Below, in pieces: positions 31,232 to 41,361 of a DNA stretch of 64,000 bases (positions within the stretch are counted from its first letter, which is position 1; each line of letters opens with the position of its first letter). This DNA is from a virus, in IMG/VR virus record IMGVR_UViG_3300045988_059494, positions 7,219 through 71,218 of that record. One strand, given 5' to 3'. A model generated the notes under the pieces. The model made no database searches, was not told the DNA's origin, and saw only the letters and a list, made by a program, of their open reading frames with translations. The translations under genes and the position numbers were made by a program.

Positions 31232-32719
31232 TTAGTTCTTATCAGCGATCTTTCCGCCAAGGAAGCCAGCCAGCATAGCCTTTACATCAATGCCGAGAGA
31301 CTCACTCAGTCCCTCAGAAATCTGAGCGACATTATTGATAATATCTCCAGAGAGCTTGCTTGTGTTATCACCAAACATCACAATCTTATCAACATTGGTA
31401 TACGCCTGACCAGTTGCTTCTGCGATAGCCGGGAGCTGCTGGAAGTACATCTTGAGGGCTTCCATCTGCATATCCATCTTAGCAGCTTCACCATACTGCT
31501 TCATGGCTTCTGCCTTCTTCATAAGACCTTCAGCTTCTGCCTCAGCCTTTGCCTGAATAGCAGCTGCCTCTGCTTCACCACGAGCCTTTGCAGCTGCGGC
31601 TTCAGCCTCACCCTGAATACGAATAGCTTCTGCGGTTGCACGCTGTGCTTCAGCTCGCTGCTCTGCTTCAAAACGTTCAGCTTCTGCGGTCTTCTGACGC
31701 TCATAGAGGTCAGCCTCAGACTGCTTCTGCGTTGCGTAGAGTCGCGCATCAGCTTCCTGCTGAGCGGCATACTTCTTAGCCTCAGCGGTCTTCTTTACCT
31801 CAGCTTCCAGAGCACGTTCCTTGATAGTAACTTCGCGTTCCTTAAGGTCGATTTCCTTCTCCTGACGAGCAATATCTGCGTCAGCCGCTGCAACGTCACG
31901 CAGCTTGCGCTGGTTCTCAGACTCGATTTCCATAGCAGCATTAGCCTGAGCCTGCTTAGTATCGGATTCCTGCTTCAGCTGAGCCTTCTGGATAGCAAGA
32001 CTATTATTGCGCTTAGCAATCTCTTCCTCAGCCTTTACACGAGCGTCATTAGAAGCCTTAGCATTTTCTGCTTCAGCGACTGCAATCTCACGCTGGGCAT
32101 TAGACTTAGCAATAGCAGCATCCTTGCGAATCTGCTCGACATTATCAATACCAAGGTTGGTGATAACATCATTGTCATCAGAGAAGTTCTGAACATTAAA
32201 GGAAACCAGTTCCAGACCGAAACGAGCCAGATCAGGCACCGCATTTTCCTGTACCTTTTCGGAGAATGCCTTGCGGTCGCCAACCATCTCGGTCAGCTTC
32301 ATCTGACCTACAATCTCACGGATATTACCTTCAAGGAGATCGTTAATCTTCTGAGCAATCTCCGCACGGGATACATTCAGAAAGTTCTGTGCAGCAAGAG
32401 CAATCATTTCATCGGTCTGTCCTACTCGTACAGAAACAGTGGAGTCAACGCGTACATTGATGTATTCCGCGGTGGGAACAGCAGATCCTGTCTTTACGTC
32501 GATCTGAATAGCGCCAAGTGCCAGCTTATCCATTCGCTCAAGGAAAGGAATTTTAATACCAGCCTTGCCAGCAAGCACTCGCGGTTTCTTGTGCATACCA
32601 GAAATGATATATGCCACATCCGGCGGAGCCTTTACATAGCTCGAAACAAGAAATACGATAATCGCAAGCACGATAATCGCTACGGGAACAAAGGGAAGGA
32701 TAGTAGTTAGAATTTCCAT
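31232..32719 (-). CDS. SPFH/band-7 (flotillin-like) membrane protein
   Basis: N-terminal TM, SPFH domain, long Ala/Glu-rich coiled coil (EAERFEAEQRAEAQRATAEA...); 495 aa. Confidence 0.7.
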   Translation of the reverse strand: MEILTTILPFVPVAIIVLAIIVFLVSSYVKAPPDVAYIISGMHKKPRVLAGKAGIKIPFLERMDKLALGAIQIDVKTGSAVPTAEYINVRVDSTVSVRVGQTDEMIALAAQNFLNVSRAEIAQKINDLLEGNIREIVGQMKLTEMVGDRKAFSEKVQENAVPDLARFGLELVSFNVQNFSDDNDVITNLGIDNVEQIRKDAAIAKSNAQREIAVAEAENAKASNDARVKAEEEIAKRNNSLAIQKAQLKQESDTKQAQANAAMEIESENQRKLRDVAAADADIARQEKEIDLKEREVTIKERALEAEVKKTAEAKKYAAQQEADARLYATQKQSEADLYERQKTAEAERFEAEQRAEAQRATAEAIRIQGEAEAAAAKARGEAEAAAIQAKAEAEAEGLMKKAEAMKQYGEAAKMDMQMEALKMYFQQLPAIAEATGQAYTNVDKIVMFGDNTSKLSGDIINNVAQISEGLSESLGIDVKAMLAGFLGGKIADKN

Positions 32720-32757
32720 GTGTTTACTCCTTAATATTAAATTATTTATAAATGCAA

Positions 32758-33327
32758 TTAAAGCATTTCAATACATTTCTTTGCCTGCTGTTCCATATCT
32801 TCGATTACAGTATCAAGATGAACGGGATAGCAGTTATGTGAATCAACGCCTACGTGGTAGATGAAAGGAATTTCATTATAGAAGTTGGTAGTCTGATGTG
32901 TGTGTCCAAAAAGATTGCAAGTCACCTGCTTGAGGGATTCTTGCTCAAGATTGCCGGTCAAAGTTGGATAATGCGATGCGTAAAAATGATACTTGCGATA
33001 AGTGAAAGCGTAAGCATCAAATACCGGAATATTTGCTTTAAGATATGCTTCGCGTCTAGCGCGAGTATCGTGATTACCGCCAACAATGAGTTTCTTACCA
33101 TTCATGCGGTTTAGCATTTCAATACCTTTTTCAAGGTTTTCGCTTCCACCAAGCATTAGGTCGCCGCAGATAATCAAAGTATCATCTGGAGAAACAAGCT
33201 CATTATTTCGTGTAATAATAGCTTCATTCATCTCTTCGACACTATCAAAACCGCGAGCCTTCCAGATAAATTCCTTATCATGGTTCAAGTGGTAGTCGCT
33301 AGAAACATAAATATTCAGTGTTATCAC
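32758..33327 (-). CDS. calcineurin-like metallophosphoesterase (candidate 2',3'-cyclic/3'-phosphatase for RNA repair)
   Basis: DxH...GDxxxxG...GNHD motifs; adjacent to the polynucleotide kinase. Confidence 0.6.
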   Translation of the reverse strand: MITLNIYVSSDYHLNHDKEFIWKARGFDSVEEMNEAIITRNNELVSPDDTLIICGDLMLGGSENLEKGIEMLNRMNGKKLIVGGNHDTRARREAYLKANIPVFDAYAFTYRKYHFYASHYPTLTGNLEQESLKQVTCNLFGHTHQTTNFYNEIPFIYHVGVDSHNCYPVHLDTVIEDMEQQAKKCIEML

Positions 33328-33406
33328 TCCTTTTGATTAGTTAATAAAGTAGTCTATTACTCTTGCTAAATCTTCTACTACTGCATAGCTAAACCCTCCT
33401 CTGCAT

Positions 33407-33922
33407 TCAATCTTTTCTCTCGTATCCATGCACATTGATTTTAATATCCGAAAAGCCCCACTTAGTCTTAGGAAGCTCCTTTGCGCTCGGGATCGAAAAT
33501 CCTTTCTTCATATTCTTGATTGCCGAATCCGGCACTCTAGCGAAACCACTACGCTGCGCATTGCGCTTAATTGCAACATCAAGAGGAACATCAATAACCT
33601 CAAAGGTTAGCTTAGTGTGCGGATCTGCTGCCAGTCGACCAAGCAACTTAGCTCGAGAAGCAGGACTGATATGCGTTGCATCAGCAAATACAACATCAAT
33701 ACCAAGTTCCATAGCTTCATTGATCTGTCGCACGAACTCATTGAATACTTCGGTTTCCTTATCGAAGTAGCCATCGTGATCGTTTAAGAGGGACTTCCGC
33801 ACGAAATCTCTGGAAACTACACAAGTGGTGCGGTGATCATCTTCCAGTCGAGCAATCTCTTGCTCGACCCAAGTGGATTTACCACTACCGGGTATACCTA
33901 CCATTACTTTAAGTTCAGTCGT
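33407..33922 (-). CDS. polynucleotide 5'-kinase (P-loop, T4 Pnk kinase-domain-like)
   Basis: VMVGIPGSGKST Walker A; probable start MTTELK with GGAGG SD (track ORF extends upstream). Confidence 0.65.
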   Translation of the reverse strand, partial: TTELKVMVGIPGSGKSTWVEQEIARLEDDHRTTCVVSRDFVRKSLLNDHDGYFDKETEVFNEFVRQINEAMELGIDVVFADATHISPASRAKLLGRLAADPHTKLTFEVIDVPLDVAIKRNAQRSGFARVPDSAIKNMKKGFSIPSAKELPKTKWGFSDIKINVHGYERKD

Positions 33923-34007
33923 CATTCTTCGTACCTCCATATCTAGTTCACAAAAGATACCTTGCCAATGAATACATCTTGTATTTGGTGCACTACAGCG
34001 TTTGCAA

Positions 34008-34232
34008 TCATTCTCCCGTTGCAATGTTATTTACCTTTCTTATAAGGCGCTTAGCCGCGTTCTGCGACATATTTGTTTTTATACCATGACAATATGCCGT
34101 ATAGCGATTACAGTATTTGCATTTCTTTATCCACGTGTCATCAAGCAAATTAGAAAAACGATCTTTATCTTCTAACTCATGGACGCCAAAGAAACATAGC
34201 CATCTCATAGCTTTTTCCCTCCCAAATCTCAA
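34008..34232 (-). CDS. hypothetical small protein (74 aa)
   Basis: ORF track. Confidence 0.3.
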   Translation of the reverse strand: MRFGREKAMRWLCFFGVHELEDKDRFSNLLDDTWIKKCKYCNRYTAYCHGIKTNMSQNAAKRLIRKVNNIATGE

Positions 34233-34249
34233 TAAAAGGATCCCACATC

Positions 34250-34435
34250 TTAAATAACCCCTCTCATTCTTCGATTAGCTTCTGCCATAACCCACGCAAT
34301 ATCTTCATCAGATACTTCGGTTTCAAACTCGATCGAACAATTCTCTCCTTTTGCTCTTGCTTCAAGAATGATGTTAACCGCATCCTCGAGATCTTGCTGA
34401 TGTTCAGCAAACGAAAGAAAAGGGAGAGTATACAT
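34250..34435 (-). CDS. hypothetical small protein (61 aa)
   Basis: ORF track. Confidence 0.3.
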   Translation of the reverse strand: MYTLPFLSFAEHQQDLEDAVNIILEARAKGENCSIEFETEVSDEDIAWVMAEANRRMRGVI

Positions 34436-34605
34436 ATTATTCCTCCTTAATAAACCGATAGATAATATTCATAGACTCTTCAACTGTACACATCTCACTA
34501 TTGGCAAGTGCGCCACTCCAATCGAGGTCGTCAATAATTGCGTCAAGGCGCTTCCATGCTTCAAGAGCCTTGTTCTTATCAATCATATTTATTTTCTCCT
34601 CTCTT

Positions 34606-34642
34606 TCACTTTCTATATATATTATAATATATATTTATAAAA
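34606..34642 (-). promoter_or_regulatory. conserved AT-rich promoter block
   Basis: ctttctatatatattataatatatatttataaaaaaa (plus); family member. Confidence 0.45.
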
Positions 34643-34644
34643 AA

Positions 34645-34674
34645 ATCAAAGGTTCTATTTCTAGAACCTTTGAT
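34645..34674. terminator. hairpin terminator
   Basis: ATCAAAGGTTCTA/TAGAACCTTTGAT. Confidence 0.55.
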
Positions 34675-34680
34675 TTTTAT

Positions 34681-35199
34681 TTAATTGGTTTGCTCAGTAA
34701 AATAGACTTGTGAAAGTCCACCAATGTCATCAATCTCGTAACTATCTACTTTTAATGACCAATCTTCCCATAAGTCCTGATGCGCTAACAAGAAAGCCAA
34801 TGGATCTTTTCGAAAAGTTTTATAGTCTTCGTCAGACAGCTCAAGATCTCCATTGTAATATCCGCCTCGTAGATGGCCAGTAACATAATCTACTTCTGCG
34901 GTTACATTAACTTTATGAGTTACCTCAGCCGGAGTATCAAGAGAGATATAATATTTTTTGCCATTGATTTTCTTCCAGAATGAATAATTACTCTTTGGAT
35001 AGCCGACTTTTCTTTCTAGAATATCTTCCTTGGTATTAGACTGCAATATAATGACCGGGTTTCTACGCGGGTCTTGACCAATTGGGTGGAAATCTACCCC
35101 ATCCGCGCCAGTGATTTCAAGCCATTCTTTCCATCCTGTTTCTCTTTGCCATTCAGCCATAATTATTCCTCTTCGCTCTGGATTAGGGATTCGATACAC
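34681..35199 (-). CDS. hypothetical protein (172 aa)
   Basis: ORF track. Confidence 0.3.
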   Translation of the reverse strand: MYRIPNPERRGIIMAEWQRETGWKEWLEITGADGVDFHPIGQDPRRNPVIILQSNTKEDILERKVGYPKSNYSFWKKINGKKYYISLDTPAEVTHKVNVTAEVDYVTGHLRGGYYNGDLELSDEDYKTFRKDPLAFLLAHQDLWEDWSLKVDSYEIDDIGGLSQVYFTEQTN

Positions 35200-36005
35200 T
35201 TGCGATTTTCGCCGACAAACACGGGAATGTGTTTCTCAATAATCCATTCAGAACGAGTATACTCAATTCCATCGGGAGTTACATCTTGGACCTGAGTCTT
35301 AATACAACAAGAGCCACGCTGATAGGAAATGGGATAACTATCCCACTCAATACCAATATCAGAGAGCATCTTCTTGATTTGGATGCAAGATTTACCTTGA
35401 AGCTCTTTATGAGAGAAATTAGCCTGGCCTACCATCTGGATAGAATTGCGGATTGCATCTGACTGGCGCCAATAAATGAGGTTGGTGACCTCTTCCTTGG
35501 GGATATTGAAGCAACGGGCATCGAACATAGCGCCTTTAGACTTGGCGGTAATTAAAGCTCTCATATACTCTTGATGCTTTTGCTGAATTTCAACGTCTTG
35601 CGGAATTAAGCCAGTTTTCCAACAGGTCTCTTCATCGAGAACGAGTGCATCAAAAGCCTTATTAAAAGCCATAGTCGCCATAGATGCGGCGACAGAGCAC
35701 ATCTTCTGAACCTCATAATCAAACCATGCGGAGCTATTCAGTCGTTTATAATCTACAAGGATAAGAGTAATTTCATCACTCTGGGTATATCCAAGTACAC
35801 AACCTTGAATATTTTGGCACAGGTATCTCATAGTTTCTTGCATAGCAGTTCCAAGAATATGATCGAAAGGCTTGTTAAAACCACGAGTGAAAGTGTGGAA
35901 AGCCTTGCCATCAATGCGGATTGCGACAGGAGTTCTGCGCATCAGTCTAGCCTTAGGAACCGCTTCATAAAACTCTTTCATGCGCATACCAAGTTTATCA
36001 GTCAT
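35163..36005 (-). CDS. Thg1-like protein (tRNA-His guanylyltransferase family, 3'-5' nucleotide addition)
   Basis: N-terminal VAIRIDGKAFHTFTRGF...GYTQSDEITLIL matches Thg1/TLP palm-domain motifs; 280 aa. Confidence 0.75.
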   Translation of the reverse strand: MTDKLGMRMKEFYEAVPKARLMRRTPVAIRIDGKAFHTFTRGFNKPFDHILGTAMQETMRYLCQNIQGCVLGYTQSDEITLILVDYKRLNSSAWFDYEVQKMCSVAASMATMAFNKAFDALVLDEETCWKTGLIPQDVEIQQKHQEYMRALITAKSKGAMFDARCFNIPKEEVTNLIYWRQSDAIRNSIQMVGQANFSHKELQGKSCIQIKKMLSDIGIEWDSYPISYQRGSCCIKTQVQDVTPDGIEYTRSEWIIEKHIPVFVGENRKCIESLIQSEEE

Positions 36006-36152
36006 TCTTTGCTTGCTCCTTCCATTTCTTTCGCTTTTTGTTTAAGTTCCTCAATACTTGTTCCAAGAAGAGCGAAGAAAGTTTCATCGTCCATTTTGGC
36101 GAGATCTCGTTCCATGTTTTCGAGAGTCTTAGATAGCTTACGTAGCTTCATT
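36003..36152 (-). CDS. small hypothetical protein (49 aa), translationally coupled (ATGA overlap) to the Thg1-like gene
   Basis: MKLRKLSKTLENMERDLAKMDDETFF... Confidence 0.3.
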
Positions 36153-36419
36153 AGTCTTTATCCTTTCCGAAAATAGAGGTATTATTATTAAAGAAGCTAC
36201 CGATCCAACCAAGAGTACCTGCACACAGCGGGATCATATCCTTAGTGAACCATGCTACATTGAACATAGTATTCAAACCAGTAGCGAGAATATTACCAAT
36301 CGTGATTGAAGCAATCCAACCACCAAGATAAGCGAACCAAAAATATACGAATGGCTCAATTACAATTAGGAAAACGATACTTACCAACGCACCAATCACA
36401 GACAGAAAATCATCAAACA
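36151..36419 (-). CDS. small membrane protein
   Basis: Hydrophobic; probable start MFDDFLSVIG inside track ORF 36151..36504. Confidence 0.3.
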
Positions 36420-36571
36420 TCCGATTACACTCCTTACGATAAAATAAATAAAATAGACAATAGAGATCATAAGCGCCCACGAACCTATAATAAGTCCTCC
36501 CCAAATGGCAAGTCGAGAGCCGATCCCAACGACTAAGAATATGCTAATAAATAGCATAGATAAAAGTAGTA

Positions 36572-37480
36572 TTAGAAATAACATTTCTGTTTTCGATGCC
36601 CCTTTTCGTAGCAGTAATCTTTGCAATGTTTCGCAGCGGTGTCAGGTCTATGTTCCTTAGGCTGATCGCAATCTAAAGAACCATGCTTATGACATCTACA
36701 AGCAGCATGGCCGCGGAACCATTCACGATAGAAATGTTTACAGTCGTAACATTCTTTGTTCTTCAGTTTTCTCTTTCTCGATCTTTTCGTAGCTACATCA
36801 ATAGTCTGTCTATGTACAGATTGGACTTTTGCCGTTAATCCTCTCTTCATTAACCTATTCAGATTAACTGGCGTGTAGTTAATTACATCAGAGCAAACAT
36901 TCAGATGTCGGTCATCATCTTTGTGACAACGATCATGGATATGACCATGAATGTTGAATACCCAAGGCATCATAGGAAGCGGCTCATGCGATAGAATAAG
37001 TTTCTCACCAATCATGAGAGGCCCTTCATAGATCTCGTCAAACAGATTGTTGTCCGCGCTCACTTCCCAATAAACGAAAGGAGCGTGAAAATCATATATC
37101 TCACTGATAGAATACTTACAACCGGGATATAGCTGCTTCATTTTATCAAGAGCTTCAGATTTACTCCAAAGCTCTGTATCATAAATTCTCTTGACAATCT
37201 TGCGCTCGTAGTTACTGCGGCCGGCATCATGGTTTCCCATAATAAGTACCTTATAACCACGAAGTTTAGCGCACACAGCTGGGTCGCCGCAATCTCCAAG
37301 AATAATGAGCGTATCCTTCTTACCAACTTTACTATTGATAAGTTTAACTTGTTCTTCCGCGGAGGGACGTTCTGGCATACCTGCTACAATCTCTTCATCA
37401 TTGAAGTGAGGATCAGAGTAGATATATACCGTGCCTTGAGCGTGCCAGTGGTCAAAGATCTTATAGAGTCCAGGGATCAT
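36572..37480 (-). CDS. metallophosphoesterase with C-terminal Cys/His-rich zinc-binding tail
   Basis: YIYSDPHFNDEE...LIILGDCGD...GNHD motifs; C-terminal CYDCKHF...CRCHKHGSLDC. Confidence 0.55.
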   Translation of the reverse strand: MIPGLYKIFDHWHAQGTVYIYSDPHFNDEEIVAGMPERPSAEEQVKLINSKVGKKDTLIILGDCGDPAVCAKLRGYKVLIMGNHDAGRSNYERKIVKRIYDTELWSKSEALDKMKQLYPGCKYSISEIYDFHAPFVYWEVSADNNLFDEIYEGPLMIGEKLILSHEPLPMMPWVFNIHGHIHDRCHKDDDRHLNVCSDVINYTPVNLNRLMKRGLTAKVQSVHRQTIDVATKRSRKRKLKNKECYDCKHFYREWFRGHAACRCHKHGSLDCDQPKEHRPDTAAKHCKDYCYEKGHRKQKCYF

Positions 37481-37565
37481 TACAAAACCTCCTTAGTTAA
37501 ATCAATCGCATTATCTGCAATAAATGGATAATCTAAATCAAATAAGATATAACAGCCATTACTTT

Positions 37566-37612
37566 TCATTCTTCTTTATTTTATGTATATATAATAACAT
37601 ATATTTTATAAA
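37566..37612 (-). promoter_or_regulatory. conserved extended -10 promoter block
   Basis: Coding strand TTTATAAAATATATGTTATTATATATACATAAAATAAAG. Confidence 0.45.
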
Positions 37613-37616
37613 AAAT

Positions 37617-37640
37617 AAAGGGAGCTTAAAGCTCCCTTAA
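37617..37640. terminator. hairpin terminator
   Basis: GGGAGCtttaaGCTCCC. Confidence 0.5.
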
Positions 37641-37649
37641 AATCTATAT

Positions 37650-38384
37650 TCACCACGGAAAAGTAGGCATCGGCTCTACCTTATGGAGATTACGCTGGTG
37701 ACGTCCCATAATGTTGGCGAAGGTGTTGTAGTCAGGTACATTGCCAAATACAAGAAAATCATCTAGCTCTTTGTAGGTAAAACCAAGATTATCTTCGTCA
37801 GTTTTTCCACTAAGACCATCTTCCGGTACTTTGTTAATAAACTCTTCCGGCAAGCCCAGTTCTCTACCAATAGCAAGAACTTCCTTTACTGTAAGGTTCG
37901 ACAGAAGAGAGAAATCACCTGCGGAGTCGCCAAACTTAGTAGAATAACCAATAAAATCCTCGCTCTTGTTGCAGGTATTTGCTACTCTACCATGTTCAAG
38001 CGCAGCAATAGCATAAAGCACTGTCATGCGGACGCGGGCAGGAGAGTTAGAAGTAACTTGGGGATTGTTTTTAACCGTACTATCAAAATCATACCCCTCA
38101 TCAATAGCATGATATAAGGATTCACAGACATCGCCAATATTGATTTCGTAACTCCGAATACCGAGATAATCAATTACTTTATTGGCAATGTCGATGTCAT
38201 GCTGATTGCCCTGCGGCATCTTTACACCAATTACCCTATCTTTTCCGAGCGCTTTAACGAGCAGGGCCGCAGTTACGGTGCTATCTTTACCGCCAGAAAT
38301 ACCTACGATTGCCTTGCAATCTGCGCCATTCTGCACAAAATAGTGCTTAGTCCAATCTAAAATCTTAGGAATTACTTTCTCCAT
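37650..38384 (-). CDS. nadE: NH3-dependent NAD+ synthetase
   Basis: PP-loop SGGKDST motif, 244 aa. Confidence 0.8.
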   Translation of the reverse strand: MEKVIPKILDWTKHYFVQNGADCKAIVGISGGKDSTVTAALLVKALGKDRVIGVKMPQGNQHDIDIANKVIDYLGIRSYEINIGDVCESLYHAIDEGYDFDSTVKNNPQVTSNSPARVRMTVLYAIAALEHGRVANTCNKSEDFIGYSTKFGDSAGDFSLLSNLTVKEVLAIGRELGLPEEFINKVPEDGLSGKTDEDNLGFTYKELDDFLVFGNVPDYNTFANIMGRHQRNLHKVEPMPTFPW

Positions 38385-38833
38385 GTTTTGAGTTCTCCTT
38401 CTGTTTCAAGTCTATTATATACTTCTCTCAATATTGCGAACGCATTACCAAGTCCAGCGCGATCATCGAGCAAAATATTGTAATAAATTTTTCGTGCTGG
38501 GATATGCTTTTCTGGTGGAAGAATATCTTCATTGATATAGTCAAATGGAATATTATTGTCGCGTAAATATTTTTCAATATACGGATAACGCTCTTCCGCA
38601 GAGGCGGTAAATACAACGAGCTTGGCATATGGTTCCCATGCCCGCAGCAAGTTAATTACGCCATCATAGCGCCACTGTTCATCTTTGAAATTATGGACAG
38701 TATAATCAAAGTCAAATGCTATGATTATACTGCCATACTTCTTATATTCGCTATATAGTCTTTCAGCGGCATTATGAGTGTAGATATATGGATCACATAA
38801 AACCTTCTCGGTAGAGTCTTGCTCTAATATCAT
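38372..38833 (-). CDS. HAD-superfamily phosphatase
   Basis: Motif I FDFDYTV; 153 aa. Confidence 0.5.
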   Translation of the reverse strand: MILEQDSTEKVLCDPYIYTHNAAERLYSEYKKYGSIIIAFDFDYTVHNFKDEQWRYDGVINLLRAWEPYAKLVVFTASAEERYPYIEKYLRDNNIPFDYINEDILPPEKHIPARKIYYNILLDDRAGLGNAFAILREVYNRLETEGELKTWRK

Positions 38834-40517
38834 GTAATGTATCCTCCTTAATCATAGTGCCATTACGGAAAATGGGCTGAAGCAGATTGTCTTCACCAAG
38901 GTGCTCATTCCAAGTCAGCTCATCTTCATAATTCTGACCATCAAGAGAAACTCGGCAGCAACCCTTTTGAGATCTCTTCCAGCTAAGCGCTTTAGGCTGC
39001 TTATAGATCATAATAGGCTTGCCATTTGCATCTTCTGCGTAAGTAGCTTTTACCGCGATGCCGAAAGTATCTCGCGTATAAGGGTTAAACTTACCATCTT
39101 CCTCAAGGCACATGAACGAGAACGAACCCACGCCAAGTGAAGTATTATTGATAGCAAATCCATTATTCACAAGGCGATGGTAAATGCGGGCGCAACGCTG
39201 AGGGGTAATACTGTCGCCGTAGATTGCTTTGATATGGGGATCAAGAACCTTATAACCCTTGCTATTGATGGTGCCACCGAAGATGTCCCATAGGCGCCAA
39301 ACAGTGCCCTTATCCTCAGAGGTCAGTTCATAGTTTTCAATCAGTTTGACGTTATAACCCTCAATGTACCAATATTTGCAATCAGTACAAGCGCCGCGCT
39401 CATTAGTCCATTCGACTGTAATGTCAGCAAGAGCATACTCTCCATTGTAAGAGAAAATCTGCTGAGTGTCCTTCTCTAAGTCTCGCTCAAAGAACTCAGC
39501 AATAAATTCATTGGGATCATCTTTCAGCTGTTCCCACTCTTGCTCGTCGAGATAGATAATTTCCTTACCCGCGATAATCTCTACAGGATCGCCGCTATCG
39601 CCACGAATAGAAAGGCAACCATCATGCGCCATAATTTCGTCTTTTAACTGCGGAAGGATCTTATCTACGAGTCTCCAATAGTCATAACTATCAGATACCA
39701 TAGAGAAATTGTGGTGAGGATAAATCTCTGTTAGAAGTCTGCGGATGTGGGTAATCTCATCACCATCAACCGCGTAATTAGAACACATAACACTGTGCTC
39801 TGTAGAGATTGCGCCATAAGCAACAGGCTCAGTAGCGCAATCGCAATTATAGTTCTTCTCAAGCCACATGATTGCGGGTACAGTAGCAGTATTCAAGAAA
39901 GAAAGACACCAACCCGCAGAACTCTTAATCGCGGATTCCGCAGACTGCTGACCGCGCATAGAAAAATCGCCAAGCAGTCGAGCAACAGAAACATCATCAT
40001 CGCAACTAATATCGTGATACTTCTGCACAATCTGCCGATACCGATAGCCGACTTCCGCGGATACCTGCGTGTGCCACATGGTTGCAGACAGCAGAGTTTC
40101 AATGGTATTTACAAGCCAAACAAAGTTTGGATGGGTATTAGTAATCTCAATCTGCGGAACTCCAATCGCAGTTCTAGTACCTTCCGGGACAGCGGAGATT
40201 TCAAGCGGCAAATAACCGAGCCGATGCAGTTCTCTAATCTTATCAGACTGGAAAGCACCTTTACCGAGCGTGGCATTGAGCACACGTTCATACTCGGTTA
40301 CTACCTCGTCTTCCGAACGATTAAAGAAGCTATCGTTGAAGCCTGCAATAAGATATTCTTTAATAAAGGCTTGCAGACCAAAGAGAGTAACTTTATCAAC
40401 TCCCTGCAGCCTACTCATACGAGGAGTATAGTAACTAACCATCTTAGTTAATCCCGCAGGATACTGTTCATGGTGAGTGCTCTTATAGAAATCAATCATT
40501 AAAAGAGGATTAAACAT
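38793..40517 (-). CDS. nicotinamide/nicotinate phosphoribosyltransferase (NAMPT/PncB family)
   Basis: MFNPLLMIDFYKSTHHEQYP N-terminus typical of the NAPRTase family; 574 aa. Confidence 0.75.
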   Translation of the reverse strand: MFNPLLMIDFYKSTHHEQYPAGLTKMVSYYTPRMSRLQGVDKVTLFGLQAFIKEYLIAGFNDSFFNRSEDEVVTEYERVLNATLGKGAFQSDKIRELHRLGYLPLEISAVPEGTRTAIGVPQIEITNTHPNFVWLVNTIETLLSATMWHTQVSAEVGYRYRQIVQKYHDISCDDDVSVARLLGDFSMRGQQSAESAIKSSAGWCLSFLNTATVPAIMWLEKNYNCDCATEPVAYGAISTEHSVMCSNYAVDGDEITHIRRLLTEIYPHHNFSMVSDSYDYWRLVDKILPQLKDEIMAHDGCLSIRGDSGDPVEIIAGKEIIYLDEQEWEQLKDDPNEFIAEFFERDLEKDTQQIFSYNGEYALADITVEWTNERGACTDCKYWYIEGYNVKLIENYELTSEDKGTVWRLWDIFGGTINSKGYKVLDPHIKAIYGDSITPQRCARIYHRLVNNGFAINNTSLGVGSFSFMCLEEDGKFNPYTRDTFGIAVKATYAEDANGKPIMIYKQPKALSWKRSQKGCCRVSLDGQNYEDELTWNEHLGEDNLLQPIFRNGTMIKEDTLHDIRARLYREGFM

Positions 40518-40535
40518 TTATGCAAAACTCCTTTA

Positions 40536-41345
40536 TTAAAGAATAATAGGATCGACAGTGATGAGATCAGTTGGGAAAGTACCAGCAAGAGAGTTGGTTG
40601 TAAAGATATGCTCAACCAGTCCACTCTTGATTAGGTCTCCTTCCATGATAGTGGTTTCGCAATGAGTAATAAAGAGATAAATGTTCTTCGCACCCTCAGC
40701 CTTAAGTGCCTTAGCGGAATGGAAGAAGGTGCCGCCGCGCGAACAAATATCATCAACAATGAGAATATTTTTACCTCTTACAGCTTCCTTGTTGATAATA
40801 TCAATGCCTTTAATGTTACCAGTCGCCCAATCGCGCTTCTTCATGCCGAAACTATAAGGACGATTAAACTGTTCAGAATATCTCTTCATTGCTCCCTCAT
40901 CAGGATAATACATCACAAGATCCGGATCGTTAATTGTGTTGATCGCACGCTCAACAAAAGGAGTGTTATCACGATTCTCGATACGATCAATAAGTGCCAG
41001 ACTTACATTGCTGTGTGCATCATAGACAACTACCTTAGAGAAATTGAGCGAGTTGATAATGCCTGCGAAGCTCTTGAGAGTAAAAACATCATTAGGACTC
41101 TTTACTCTGTCCATGCGGGCGTGCGGACAGTAGGGCATATAAAGCGAGATACTATCATTGCAATAGTGGTTCTTTAAGCAAATAAGCGAGAATAATTCTG
41201 CATCGTTTTCATAGTCCCATCGTATTGCGGAAACAAAAGTATGACTCAGCTTCGGGGGTTCTAAATGCAAAGTCCCATCTGGAAAATGACTCTGAATAAC
41301 TGGCAGCCAAGTTCCAGGGTAATGGAAAGTTTTAACAGAAAGCAT
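40536..41345 (-). CDS. prs: ribose-phosphate pyrophosphokinase (PRPP synthetase)
   Basis: PRPP-binding ILIVDDICSRGGTF motif; likely start MLSVKTF. Confidence 0.8.
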   Translation of the reverse strand: MLSVKTFHYPGTWLPVIQSHFPDGTLHLEPPKLSHTFVSAIRWDYENDAELFSLICLKNHYCNDSISLYMPYCPHARMDRVKSPNDVFTLKSFAGIINSLNFSKVVVYDAHSNVSLALIDRIENRDNTPFVERAINTINDPDLVMYYPDEGAMKRYSEQFNRPYSFGMKKRDWATGNIKGIDIINKEAVRGKNILIVDDICSRGGTFFHSAKALKAEGAKNIYLFITHCETTIMEGDLIKSGLVEHIFTTNSLAGTFPTDLITVDPIIL

Positions 41346-41361
41346 AAATATTCTCCTCTCC

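Noticed and set aside
38340-38590. Apparent 7-nt discrepancies between my hand indexing and ORF-track coordinates (a missing GCTTAGT-like segment near 38349, and an apparent ACGGATA tandem duplication at the 38580/38581 line boundary, i.e. ~38574-38587)
   Set aside because: Most likely my own reading or indexing error in a repetitive stretch. ORF-track coordinates were used for nadE and the HAD gene, and no biological claim is made; hand-derived coordinates elsewhere may carry errors of a few nt.
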